Assembly: GCA_963703225.1 (NCBI GenBank)
Contig: OY969801.1
Span: forward strand, 2,240,001 to 2,304,000
Length of the DNA: 64,000 nt
Source: Candidatus Eiseniibacteriota bacterium
GTDB taxonomy: Bacteria > Eisenbacteria > RBG-16-71-46 > SZUA-252
Direction of reading: 5' to 3'
The position numbers were made by a program, and so were the translations under genes. The notes below the pieces were generated by a model. It was not told the origin of the DNA and did no database searches. It saw only the letters and a list, made by a program, of their open reading frames with translations. Of the stretch, positions 18,871 through 28,469 are shown in pieces; the stretch's first letter is position 1, and each line of letters starts with the position of its first letter.

Positions 18871-19920
18871 ATGCCATCGATTTCCAAACCGATAGCCGTC
18901 CACCCGGGTCTGCAAACAAACGACCTCGGGCTGACCGTTCGCGATTACGAAGGGGCGATGTCTACGCTGTGCGCCGGCTGCGGGCACGATTCGGTTACCG
19001 CTGCCTTGATCCGGGCACTCTGGGAGCTTTCCATCCAGCCGCATCGAATCGCCAAGATGAGCGGCATCGGCTGTTCGTCCAAGACCCCGACTTATTTTGC
19101 GTCCGGCGCCCATGGTTTCAACGCCGTACACGGCCGGATGCCCGCCGTGGCCACCGGCGCCGCGGCTGCCAACCGGGAGCTCCACTACATCGGAATCTCC
19201 GGAGACGGCGATTCGCTTTCGATCGGATTAGGACAGATGTCTCACGCCATCCGCCGAAATGTCCGGATGCTCTACGTCATCGAGAACAACGGCGTCTACG
19301 GGCTGACCAAAGGGCAGTTCTCCGCCTCGGCGGATGTCGGATCGAAGTTGAAAAAGGGGGAGGGGAACCGGATGGCGCCGATCGACCCGGTGTTTCTCGG
19401 GCTTTCCATCGGCGCGACATTTGTAGCTCGGAGTTTTTCGGGCGACAAGGAGCAGTTGGTGCCGATTCTGAAGGTCGCTTTGAAGCACCGCGGACTGGCG
19501 CTGGTGGATGTCATTTCCCCTTGCGTCACCTTCAACGACCACGAGGGCTCCACCAAGAGCTACTTGTACACCCGCAGGCACGACAAGCCGGTCGCCCAGG
19601 CCGATTTTGTTCCGCCGGCGGAAGAGATTTCAACTCCGATCGGCAAGGGCGTCACCACAATTGCGATGCACGACGGCGGCCTCGTGCGCTTTTCAGCCGT
19701 TCCGGAAGGGTATGACCCCCGCGACCGGGCCCAAGTCTTTCACTACCTGCAGCATCAGGACCAAGGAGTGATTCCGACCGGGCTCTTGTATTTGGACGAG
19801 TCCGTCCCCGACATGCACGAAATGAACAACACAAGCGACACGCCCCTGGTCCAAGTCCCCTTCGAATTCCTCTGCCCCGGTTCTAGAGCGCTGGAGGAGC
19901 TCATGGAGGATTTTCGATGA
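18871..19920 (+). CDS. korB: 2-oxoacid:ferredoxin oxidoreductase beta subunit
   Basis: LCAGCGH, SGIGCSS, GDGDSLSIG...NNGVYGLTKGQ TPP-binding motif. Confidence 0.92.
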   Translation: MPSISKPIAVHPGLQTNDLGLTVRDYEGAMSTLCAGCGHDSVTAALIRALWELSIQPHRIAKMSGIGCSSKTPTYFASGAHGFNAVHGRMPAVATGAAAANRELHYIGISGDGDSLSIGLGQMSHAIRRNVRMLYVIENNGVYGLTKGQFSASADVGSKLKKGEGNRMAPIDPVFLGLSIGATFVARSFSGDKEQLVPILKVALKHRGLALVDVISPCVTFNDHEGSTKSYLYTRRHDKPVAQADFVPPAEEISTPIGKGVTTIAMHDGGLVRFSAVPEGYDPRDRAQVFHYLQHQDQGVIPTGLLYLDESVPDMHEMNNTSDTPLVQVPFEFLCPGSRALEELMEDFR

Positions 19921-19938
19921 TCATGAGGCTCTCAGCCT

Positions 19939-19990
19939 TGTGACCGGATCGTGACCATTTGAGCGCCCTCTCCTGCCCTCCCGTGTCCCC
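19939..19990 (+). repeat. 52-bp direct repeat, copy 1 (flanks DHFR-family gene)
   Basis: 48/52 identical to 20723-20774. Confidence 0.9.
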
Positions 19991-19996
19991 CGATGG

Positions 19997-20545
19997 CTAC
20001 CTTATCGGCTCATACCGCATCGCCACCGCCCCCGAGCCGAACTCTAGCCGGCTCACGAGCTTCAAGTCGATACGCCTCGATAGCCCCGCGAACAACGTCG
20101 GCCCATGGCCCGCTAGCCTGGGGTGCACCACGAATTCGTACTCATCGATCAATCCCAGCTCCGCCAACGCCAGCGGGAGCGTCACACCCCCCGTGAATAG
20201 CCCTCTCCCCGACTCCCGCTTGAGCTTCTGAACGGCCTTGCCCAGATCCCCGCGCACGAGCTCCGCGTTCCAATCGACCCGGTCCAGGGTGCTCGACACG
20301 ACGTACTTCTTTGCCACGTCGATCGTCCGGGCGAAGGGTTCCGTCCAATCAGGCATCGCGACCGTCCGCGTCGACAGCCGCCACGCTGCCTCCATCATTT
20401 CGTAGGTCACTCGGCCAAAGAGGAGGGCATCGGCCTGGGCGATGTTCTCGACCGCGTGGCGGTGCAGCTCTTGGTCCGCGATCCCCACACGATGATCGCA
20501 GCACCCGTCCAAGGTGACGTTGATGGAATACCGAAGGGGTCGCAT
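19997..20545 (-). CDS. Dihydrofolate reductase/RibD C-terminal family protein
   Basis: INVTLDG, LLFGRVTYEMM, KYVVSSTL, GLIDEYEFVVHPRLAGHGPTLF. Confidence 0.9.
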   Translation of the reverse strand: MRPLRYSINVTLDGCCDHRVGIADQELHRHAVENIAQADALLFGRVTYEMMEAAWRLSTRTVAMPDWTEPFARTIDVAKKYVVSSTLDRVDWNAELVRGDLGKAVQKLKRESGRGLFTGGVTLPLALAELGLIDEYEFVVHPRLAGHGPTLFAGLSRRIDLKLVSRLEFGSGAVAMRYEPIR

Positions 20546-20722
20546 TACGCAAGAGTACCGCCGATAGGGTGGACGAACAAGGTAGCCCGCTTCAGGGCTA
20601 GGAGCCACTCACGTAACGCATGACGATGACAATTTGAGAGTGGACCGTCCGAACTACTTGTACAGCGATCATGCGATGCGCCTCGTCGGATCGGCGTGGG
20701 CGCACCGCGGTTTGGCGCTTCC

Positions 20723-20774
20723 TGTGACCGAATTGTGACCACTTGAGCGCCCTCTCCTGCCCTCACGTGTCCCC
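20723..20774 (+). repeat. 52-bp direct repeat, copy 2
   Basis: TGTGACCGAATTGTGACCACTTGAGCGCCCTCTCCTGCCCTCACGTGTCCCC. Confidence 0.9.
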
Positions 20775-20937
20775 TTCTGACCAAAGAGAAGCGCCTCGGA
20801 AGTTGAATGCCTCCAAGGCGCTGAATGACCTGCGGACGTAAACCAGTTTCCCGGCTGGTGACCGCGGGCGTCTGCTCTGGCCTGCGCGCCGGGACCAGCG
20901 TACGCTCGTACCGCCAAGGCCCGATAGGGAGGAAACC

Positions 20938-22167
20938 GTGGACCGTCCGGAATACGACGCCATCGTCCTGGGCGCGCGCTGCGCGGGCGCGCCCACCGCC
21001 ATGCTCCTCGCTCGCCGGGGTTACCGCGTCCTTGCCGTGGACAAGGCGACCTTCCCCAGCGATACAGTCTCCACCCATCTGGTCCATCCTCCTGCCATCG
21101 CGGCCCTAGAGCGCTGGGGCCTTCTCGATCGGGTGGTCGCGACCGGCTGCCCCGCCATCGAGACCTACACCTTCGATCTGGGACCCTTCGCGATCACCGG
21201 CCGGCCGGGAACGAGCGAATTCCCAGCCGCGTACGCGCCGCGCCGGACGGTGCTGGACAAGATCCTGGTGGACGCGGCCGCGGGCGCCGGAGTTGAGGTG
21301 CGCGAGGAGTTCACGGTCGAGGGGGTCCTGCAGGAAGACGGCTGGGTCCGCGGGATTCGAGGTCATGGAAAGGACGGGAAGCCCGTCGAGGAGCGCGCCC
21401 GCGTGGTGGTCGGCGCGGACGGCCGTGGGTCCATGGTGGTCAAGGAGGTGCGCCCCGAGACCTATCACGACAAACCGCCCGTCTTCGTCGGGTACTACAG
21501 CTATTGGAGCGGACTCCCGATGGAAGGACGGCTCGAGGGATACATGCGGCCCGACCGGTCCTTCGCGGCCTGGCCGACGAACGACGATCTCACCCTTGTC
21601 ATCGCGGGCTGGCCCTACGCCGAGCTGGAGCGAAACAAAAAGGACATCGAAGGGAGCTACCACAAGACGATCGACATGGCGCCCGCCTTCGCGTCCCGGC
21701 TGCGGTCGGCCAAGCGGGAGGACCGTTTCGTTGGAATGGCGGTGCCGAACTATTTCCGGAAGCCGTTCGGGCCCGGCTGGGCCCTCGTGGGAGACGCGGG
21801 TTACAACCGGGACTTCATTACCGCGTTTGGGATCATGGACGCGTTTCACCAGGCGGAGCTCTGCACGACCGCGCTCGATCGGTTCTTCGGCGGCTCCGCA
21901 ACCTATGAGGCCGCCATGGGCCAGTATCAGTCCGCTCGCGACGAGCGAGCCCTGCCGATGTACGACATGACCTTGAAGCTTGCCGCCGTGGATCAGCCTC
22001 CCCCGCCCGAGATGCAGCGTCTCCTGGCCGCGGTGCACCGGAACCCCGAGGCTTGCGATGCCTTCATCCAGCTCAACGCGGGGGTGATCACTCCGCCGGA
22101 GTTCTTCTCCAAGGAGAACGTGGAGCGCATCTTTGCCGCGGCCGGCGCGGCGAGGGTCGGTCCCTGA
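20938..22167 (+). CDS. FAD-dependent oxidoreductase (geranylgeranyl reductase/halogenase-like)
   Basis: GARCAG Rossmann motif, VVGADG, LVGDAG; GGGAGG RBS. Confidence 0.88.
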   Translation: MDRPEYDAIVLGARCAGAPTAMLLARRGYRVLAVDKATFPSDTVSTHLVHPPAIAALERWGLLDRVVATGCPAIETYTFDLGPFAITGRPGTSEFPAAYAPRRTVLDKILVDAAAGAGVEVREEFTVEGVLQEDGWVRGIRGHGKDGKPVEERARVVVGADGRGSMVVKEVRPETYHDKPPVFVGYYSYWSGLPMEGRLEGYMRPDRSFAAWPTNDDLTLVIAGWPYAELERNKKDIEGSYHKTIDMAPAFASRLRSAKREDRFVGMAVPNYFRKPFGPGWALVGDAGYNRDFITAFGIMDAFHQAELCTTALDRFFGGSATYEAAMGQYQSARDERALPMYDMTLKLAAVDQPPPPEMQRLLAAVHRNPEACDAFIQLNAGVITPPEFFSKENVERIFAAAGAARVGP

Positions 22168-22220
22168 GGTCGATGGGCCAGTTGCCTCGTGGCGGCGACC
22201 CTGTTAGCCTAGGAACCCTC

Positions 22221-24296
22221 ATGAATCGATTTGTCCTCTTCGTGACCGCCCTCTGCGCCTCCGTGCTTGCCGGCGTCGCCTTCGCGGCGCCGGAGATCCC
22301 GCCGTGGGGGCTCAATCTCGAATACCTCGATCGCTCGGTCCAACCGGGCGACGACTTCTACAGCTATGCGAACGGCGGATGGCTCAAGACGGCCCAGATT
22401 CCCCCGGATCGGCCGGCCGCAGGCGCGGGCTTCGACATGGTGATCCGGAACGAAGGGCGCATGAAGGAGATCGTGGCCGACCTCCACTCGCGTCAGGATC
22501 TCACCGCCGAGGAGACGAAGCTCCGCGACCTCTACGACGCCTTTACCGATACGACCCGCATCGATTCGCTTGGAATGAAGGCCGTTTCGAAGGACCTCGA
22601 GCGGATCGCTTCGATCCAAACGCTGCAGGGCGCGGGCCAGGTGATGGGCGACCCGTCCTTGCATCTGCGGGTGCCGTTCGCGGCCGTGATCGGCGTGGAC
22701 GACAAACATCCGGATCGTTACACGGTGTTCGTCACGCAGTCGGGACTCGGGATGCCGGACCGCGACTACTACCTACGCGATGATAAGAATCTCGCCGCGA
22801 CCCGCGACGCATACAAGAAGTATCTCGAGCAGATGCTCGCCCTGGCCGGGGTGAAGGACGCGGCGGCGCGCGCGGGCAAGGTGTACGCATTGGAGCACGA
22901 CATCGCGGTCGCCTCGTGGCCCGCGGCCGACCGGCGCGACGCGGTCAAGATCTACAACCCGATGCCGCTGCCCGAGCTCATGAAGCTCGCTCCCGGCTTT
23001 CCATGGACGCCGTACTTCAAAAGCTTGGGCATTCCGCTCAGTTCACCCGCGGGAGACCGCGAGGTCATCGTGGCGGAGAAGAGCGCGTTCCCCGCGATCT
23101 CGAAGATCGTCATGGCCACACCGGTCCCGATCTTGCGCGACTACCTTACCATCCGGTACCTCAGCAGCTTCGCCGCGTGCCTCCCCCAATCCGTCGACAG
23201 CACGGAGTTCGCCTTCTTCGGAACGGTCGTCCAAGGGCGCGCCAAGCAGCTCGATCGGCAGACCCGCGGCGCCCGCCTCCTCGACACGCAGATGGGAGAG
23301 GCGCTCGGAAAGATCTACGTCCAGAAGTATTTCCCGCCCGAGGCCAAAGCCAAGATCCAGGCCCTGGTTCAAAACCTCCTTCAGGCGTTCGAGGAGGACT
23401 TGAAGACCATGACCTGGATGACGGACACGACGCGGACGCAGGCGCTCGACAAGCTGCATCGTTTCACCGTGAAGGTGGGATATCCGGACCAATGGCGCGA
23501 CTATTCCGTCCTATCGATCGACCGGAACGACCTGCTTGGCAGCGTGAAGAACGCGTTCGCGTTCGAGTCGAATCGGAATGTGGTCCGTCTCGACCGTCCG
23601 GTGGACCGGTACGAATGGGGCATGACCCCCCCGACCGTGAACGCGTATAACAATTCCTCGATGAACGAGATCGTCTTCCCCGCCGGGATTCTCCAGTCAC
23701 CGGATTTCGACCCCGCTGCGGACGACGCGGTCAATTACGGCGCCATCGGCTCGGTGATCGGGCACGAGATCAGCCACGGCTTTGACGACCAGGGTTCCAA
23801 ATACGACGGAGCGGGCGTTCTTCGGAACTGGTGGACGGACGCGGACCGGAAGGGCTTCGACGAAAAGACCAGCGCCCTCGCGGCGCAGTACGACAGGTAC
23901 GAGGGTCTACCGGGGCTCCACGTGAACGGGAAGCTGACCCTCGGCGAGAACATCGCCGATCTCGCGGGGCTCGTGGTGGCGCACCGCGCCTATCGGATTT
24001 CCCTCGGCGGCAAGGAAGCCCCGGTGCTCGACGGCCTGACCGGGGACCAGCGGTTCTACCTTGCGTTCGGCCAACACTGGCGGGCCAAGGTGAGGGACGG
24101 AACGCAGCGCCAGCGGATCCTCTCCAACCCCCATAGCCCGAACGAATTTCGCGTCAACGGAGTCGTCCGAAACGACGACGGCTGGTACGAGGCCTTCCCC
24201 GAGGTCAAGCCTGGCTCCCGCTACTACCTCCCGCCGGAGCAACGCATCCATCTCTGGGGATCGGCTGAACACAATCTCTACCTCGAGCCACGCTGA
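22221..24296 (+). CDS. M13 family zinc metallopeptidase (neprilysin/PepO-like), secreted
   Basis: PGDDFYSYANG, VNAY, HEISH, GENIAD; signal peptide. Confidence 0.95.
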   Translation: MNRFVLFVTALCASVLAGVAFAAPEIPPWGLNLEYLDRSVQPGDDFYSYANGGWLKTAQIPPDRPAAGAGFDMVIRNEGRMKEIVADLHSRQDLTAEETKLRDLYDAFTDTTRIDSLGMKAVSKDLERIASIQTLQGAGQVMGDPSLHLRVPFAAVIGVDDKHPDRYTVFVTQSGLGMPDRDYYLRDDKNLAATRDAYKKYLEQMLALAGVKDAAARAGKVYALEHDIAVASWPAADRRDAVKIYNPMPLPELMKLAPGFPWTPYFKSLGIPLSSPAGDREVIVAEKSAFPAISKIVMATPVPILRDYLTIRYLSSFAACLPQSVDSTEFAFFGTVVQGRAKQLDRQTRGARLLDTQMGEALGKIYVQKYFPPEAKAKIQALVQNLLQAFEEDLKTMTWMTDTTRTQALDKLHRFTVKVGYPDQWRDYSVLSIDRNDLLGSVKNAFAFESNRNVVRLDRPVDRYEWGMTPPTVNAYNNSSMNEIVFPAGILQSPDFDPAADDAVNYGAIGSVIGHEISHGFDDQGSKYDGAGVLRNWWTDADRKGFDEKTSALAAQYDRYEGLPGLHVNGKLTLGENIADLAGLVVAHRAYRISLGGKEAPVLDGLTGDQRFYLAFGQHWRAKVRDGTQRQRILSNPHSPNEFRVNGVVRNDDGWYEAFPEVKPGSRYYLPPEQRIHLWGSAEHNLYLEPR

Positions 24297-24916
24297 GGCA
24301 AGCACCGAAAGGGCCGCCACCTTTGCGATAAGAGCAGCCGGTAGATCGCGAGCTTGAGGAGTTCGCCCGTTACATAGCTCCAGCCCGCTACCGATTGCGG
24401 CCAGTCGTCGCGTCGAATCCCCGAAGCGCTCTCGGGCACCGACGTATAGGCGACGCGCACCGGAAGGTCCTTGAGCGCGTGCCGCAGGGCGAGGCGCGTC
24501 CGGCGTAGATGGATCGAAGTGGAGACAACGAGAACGGATCGGTACCCCTTCGAGCGGACCTCTTCGGCCAAACCCAGCGCCTCTCGTAGCGTACCCAGGA
24601 AGTGAGTTGGAAGGAAACGCGCGGACACGCCGTCGGGGTGGACGGTCACGAAGAAATGGCGGTGTCGGTAATGGGTATCCTGGACGAGTCGTGTGAGCCC
24701 GCCGTCATCGGGCAAGCCAAGCTCGGAAAAGCGCCGCCATTCAAATCGCCCGACGCTCAGAATTAGGGCCGGGGCGAATCCTCTCCCATACAGCTCAAGC
24801 CCATATCGCTTGCGCTCCGGACGGCCGGCGAGCACGAAGATCGCGTCCGATGGAACCGGCGCCTCGGGGACGGAGAGGAAATCAAAGAGGGGCGCGAGAA
24901 GTCGGCTCACCCTCAA
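24278..24916 (-). CDS. YdcF/DUF218 family protein
   Basis: DAIFVLAG...ER, TLREA, LVVSTSIHLRR, ELLKL. Confidence 0.75.
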   Translation of the reverse strand: MRVSRLLAPLFDFLSVPEAPVPSDAIFVLAGRPERKRYGLELYGRGFAPALILSVGRFEWRRFSELGLPDDGGLTRLVQDTHYRHRHFFVTVHPDGVSARFLPTHFLGTLREALGLAEEVRSKGYRSVLVVSTSIHLRRTRLALRHALKDLPVRVAYTSVPESASGIRRDDWPQSVAGWSYVTGELLKLAIYRLLLSQRWRPFRCLPQRGSR

Positions 24917-25512
24917 TCGAGTGAATCAGACCGCTCCGCGGCCTTTGCCGCCGCCTGTCTCTCGGCCACCTTGGCCCTCTCCTCGCGAGCGCGCTCGACG
25001 GTGATATAAGTGACAGTATCCCAGGCATTGTGGATCCCGATGAACACCAGCAATAGCGCGGCGCCGCCGACCACGTACAACAAATCACCGCGGGTCCGTG
25101 TGAGCTGGATGCCGGCGTGGACCAAGGCGGCGTAGGTGAGCATGGGCAGGGCGGCGTGCCAGATCCAGTCCTCGAGGACAGGGTGATAATCGCGCTGGCG
25201 CATCGCGCGCCTCAGGACCACGACCGAATAGACAAAGCCGCAGGCCCCGCAGAGCGCGGCGGCGACTCCCGGCGGCCCCAGGCCATGCCACGGAGCGGCA
25301 AAGATCGCCGAGATGAGCAGAGCCGCGCAGAAGTGGACGACGTTTGGACTGCCGAAGGCCGCCAGGCTCTCTCCGCTGCCGCGGATCGCGCCGGATTCGG
25401 TGATCAGCGTCAGCACGACGAACTGTAGACCGGTCAGCGCTCCGGCCGAGGAACCGACGATCACATAGAAGCTCTCCCACGCCCTGAGCGTGGACAGCGC
25501 CGTCTCATCCAT
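24913..25512 (-). CDS. Hypothetical integral membrane protein
   Basis: WESFYVIVGSSAGALTGLQFVV...GIHNAWD; multiple TM segments. Confidence 0.8.
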   Translation of the reverse strand: MDETALSTLRAWESFYVIVGSSAGALTGLQFVVLTLITESGAIRGSGESLAAFGSPNVVHFCAALLISAIFAAPWHGLGPPGVAAALCGACGFVYSVVVLRRAMRQRDYHPVLEDWIWHAALPMLTYAALVHAGIQLTRTRGDLLYVVGGAALLLVFIGIHNAWDTVTYITVERAREERAKVAERQAAAKAAERSDSLD

Positions 25513-25877
25513 TCTTCAACGTCCCTCCGCTGTCCAGGTCCAGCGTCATCTCGATCATCGTCGGTCGAAAACCCAGCGCGGCGAAAAGGTGATGCGCGTG
25601 CTCGTTCCGGGTCTTGGTCAGGAGCACCACCTGGGAGCGGCCCTTCGAGCGGATCCACGCAAGTAGCCGCGCGCATCAACGCGTGCCCTGCGCCGAGGCG
25701 CCGTGCGGCTTCCTCCACGTAGACGTCGTGCACGACCCCGCATGGCCCGCGGTAATTCACGCGTGGCACTCACCGGCAATGAAGCCGGTAGAGCGCAAGC
25801 TTGAACCCCCGGTGACGCGAATAGCGAACGGGCCGGGAGAACTGCCCCGGCCCGCTTTGGTTCCATGGAGAGATGGC

Positions 25878-26333
25878 CTACATCACCAAGCTCCCCGTCC
25901 GGAGCAGATACGCGAGCCTTCCCCGTTGGTCGGGGCTCAACAATGCGTGCATGCGCTCCACCGACTCGACAACCTTCCGTTGGACCCGCTCGGCGCTCTT
26001 CGCCCGAAGCGTCCCGGCTTCGTCCGCCTTGGCACGATCGAACGTCTCACCCTCGGCGGCTTCGGCCAGCAGGCTCACGGCGCGGCGGTCGTCCACTTCC
26101 GACTGCGCCCGCTCGATCTTGAGCTGATCCAAAATCGCGGCGAGCTGCTTCACCTGGGAATCGTCGAGCTGGAGCTTCCATGCCAAGAAACGAAGTGGGC
26201 GGCGGACGCCCATGCCGGGCATTTGTGAAAAGCCCGGGAAGTGGTGGTGCGCGAAGTGCATGAAGGGTTGGCTCGCGCCCCAAGAACGGGGACCACAGTG
26301 GGCGCGCGCCGCGTATACGGCGGGATGGCACAT
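25878..26333 (-). CDS. Spy/CpxP-like helical protein
   Basis: LQLDDSQ...HALLSPDQR (LTxxQ-like motifs); GAGGAG RBS. Confidence 0.7.
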   Translation of the reverse strand: MCHPAVYAARAHCGPRSWGASQPFMHFAHHHFPGFSQMPGMGVRRPLRFLAWKLQLDDSQVKQLAAILDQLKIERAQSEVDDRRAVSLLAEAAEGETFDRAKADEAGTLRAKSAERVQRKVVESVERMHALLSPDQRGRLAYLLRTGSLVM

Positions 26334-26491
26334 GGACTTCTCCTCCTCTCGCCGGGGATTGCTCACGCCCGGCGGATCGTCATGGCGCGGGCACCATGCC
26401 TCGCGTCGTACCGAATTGTATCACACATTTCTGGCCTCCCCGGGTGGCTCAGGGCCACCCGGAGGCCGGCCAGCCGTGGGGAATCGTCCCC

Positions 26492-27347
26492 TTACGTCAT
26501 GAGAATGACGATGTGCCTGATCTTGCGAAACTCCTTGGGGTCGACGATGCGCAGCTGGACCATGTCCTTTCCCACGGGCTCAAGCACGTAGCTCGACACC
26601 GGCTGCGCGCTCAAGACCTGGGCCTTCTCTGACGGGATGCGGATGACGGTTTCCTGATCCGTATCCAGAGCGATGAACGCCGCCTCGTCGAATTGGCCCG
26701 AGGGCTTCAGCGTCTTCCCGAGACCGAGGACGCCTCCCTCCGACTCGATGACGCCAGCCTTGGTGAGCTCCTTCTTCGATGCCCATCGTGTAATAGACCG
26801 TCGCGAGCTCCACCTGCCTTTGCGTGATCTCTTGCTGCTTGGTCTCGACCTCGGTGGAGAGGCCCGAAACCTGACCCTGCAGGGTATCTACCTGGCTGGA
26901 GAGCTGGGCGATCTGCTCTTCCTTCTCGATCACCGACTTCTTGAGCCCATCGATCATCTTCTCCATGCCCGCGATCTTGACGCCGTTCCTCTTCAGCCTG
27001 CTATCGAGGACCTGGATCCGCTCCTTGGTGCGCTCGATGGCTCCCTTGAGCGTGGCGATGCGCTCGAGCACTTGGTCGTGGACGGTCCCCGGCGCTTCCA
27101 CCTCGCGCTGGCCACGGGCGGGAATGGCCTGCACGGCCTCCTCGCCCAGGACGATGGCGTTCAGGCTGTCCTGAATCACCGCGATCTCGTTGATCGCCGC
27201 GCCGTAGCGCATCTGGGTACTCTCGCTCTCAGCCTTCATCTCCGCGAAATTCTCGACGGATTTTCGGTACTTCGAATACGACACGACCGTAGCGCCCATC
27301 AGCAGGACGCTGATCAGGCCTAGCACCAAAATGGGAACTCTACGCAT
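26492..27347 (-). CDS. Membrane-anchored coiled-coil protein (Cbp1-like), frameshift near 26782
   Basis: N-terminal TM, long coiled coil, VYYTMG then alternative frame KKELTKAGVIESEGGVLGLGK...LRIVDPKEFRKIRHIVILMT. Confidence 0.65.
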
Positions 27348-27454
27348 GAATCCACCTCCTTATCGGTGCGGCCCGTCTTCGGCAGGCGGGTCGCCTGTGG
27401 ATGGACTGCGGGGTGCTCGACACCCGGTCAGACCCCGGCCCGGGTTCGTAGGTG

Positions 27455-27469
27455 GCAAGACAAATGCCA
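27455..27469 (-). promoter_or_regulatory. Sigma-54 (-24/-12) promoter candidate
   Basis: TGGCAT-TTGTC-TTGC matches TGGCAC-N5-TTGC, about 110 nt upstream of the 27347 start. Confidence 0.55.
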
Positions 27470-27671
27470 TCGACCGCTGGCGGCTGGGACAAGCGAGCCG
27501 AGGCGAATGCCCAAGCGATTCCGGCGCTTGTCGTTGCCGGGAGGCAGGAGAAGGCCGTTTTGCGCGGTTCGGCCCTGGTTCGGCGGCACGCCAGTTGTAC
27601 GGACAGGGACGTTCAGACCGTAGACTGGACCCCGAAGGCCACAGGGTCCGACGATCGCGGGGCCGTGAGTG

Positions 27672-28469
27672 CTAGGCGTCCTTGAGACGGCCGGACTTCT
27701 TGAGGTACCGGGCGAGAGCGTATCCCGCGACGACGAGGAGCCAGATCGGGACGAGAATCCGGGCACGGGGCGCGGCCGCATTCCATCCATGCCGGGCTGC
27801 CTTCTCCCAAATCAGAAGGGCGATCGCGGTGGTGATCCAGGTGAAGGTGGATCCATACTCTTTGCGAACCAATCGTTTCCAATGAAAGGACATGCTCCGC
27901 ATCGTCGCTCCCAGGCCTCGCAGGGAGGGGACGAAGCGGTTCACGCGCCGGCAGTAGTCCACGTACGCGAGCCCGAATTGCTTCCTCAAGAACTCTTCCT
28001 CGGCCAGCGTGATGCTCAGGTAGGCGAGAAAGAAAAAGGGAACGCCCACGAAGTAACCCAAGGTGGAGTTCAATACGATAAAGAGCCCGAGGAAGACCAG
28101 CATGTTTCCCAGGTAGAGCGGGTTCCGCGAGTGGGCGAAGAGACCGTCCTGAACCAAAGCGTCCGCGTGGATCTTCTTCCCCTTCCCACCGCGCTGGATG
28201 TACGCGAGCCCGATGACCACGGCGCGAAGCGCCTGCCCGGCCAGCGCGATCCCGAGCCCCACCGCGTCCAGCAGGAGGTCGGCCCGCTCGTTTCCGAAGG
28301 GTGCGCGCGGGTAGGAAACCGCGGCGATCGCCAGGAACGTGAGAGGAAAAATCTCGTTTCGCCAAGTGAAGAGGAAGTTCCCCACCCGGACAAATCCCCG
28401 GTGGAGCGCTCCCGGTAGCGGCGCCGCGGGGGTCACCGCGGACGGTTCCGCGGCCCCGCTCGCGGTCAC
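27672..28469 (-). CDS. ICMT/PEMT-family membrane SAM-dependent transferase (LmtA-like)
   Basis: LVQDGLFAHSRNPLYLGN, EEEFLRKQFG..Y..YCRRVNRF; GTGA overlap with the cmoA stop. Confidence 0.85.
   Translation of the reverse strand: MTASGAAEPSAVTPAAPLPGALHRGFVRVGNFLFTWRNEIFPLTFLAIAAVSYPRAPFGNERADLLLDAVGLGIALAGQALRAVVIGLAYIQRGGKGKKIHADALVQDGLFAHSRNPLYLGNMLVFLGLFIVLNSTLGYFVGVPFFFLAYLSITLAEEEFLRKQFGLAYVDYCRRVNRFVPSLRGLGATMRSMSFHWKRLVRKEYGSTFTWITTAIALLIWEKAARHGWNAAAPRARILVPIWLLVVAGYALARYLKKSGRLKDA

Noticed and set aside
20842..20868. Possible tRNA-Gly anticodon remnant or recombinase core (ACCAG-N8-CTGGT)
   Set aside because: Too short and degenerate; no T-arm follows
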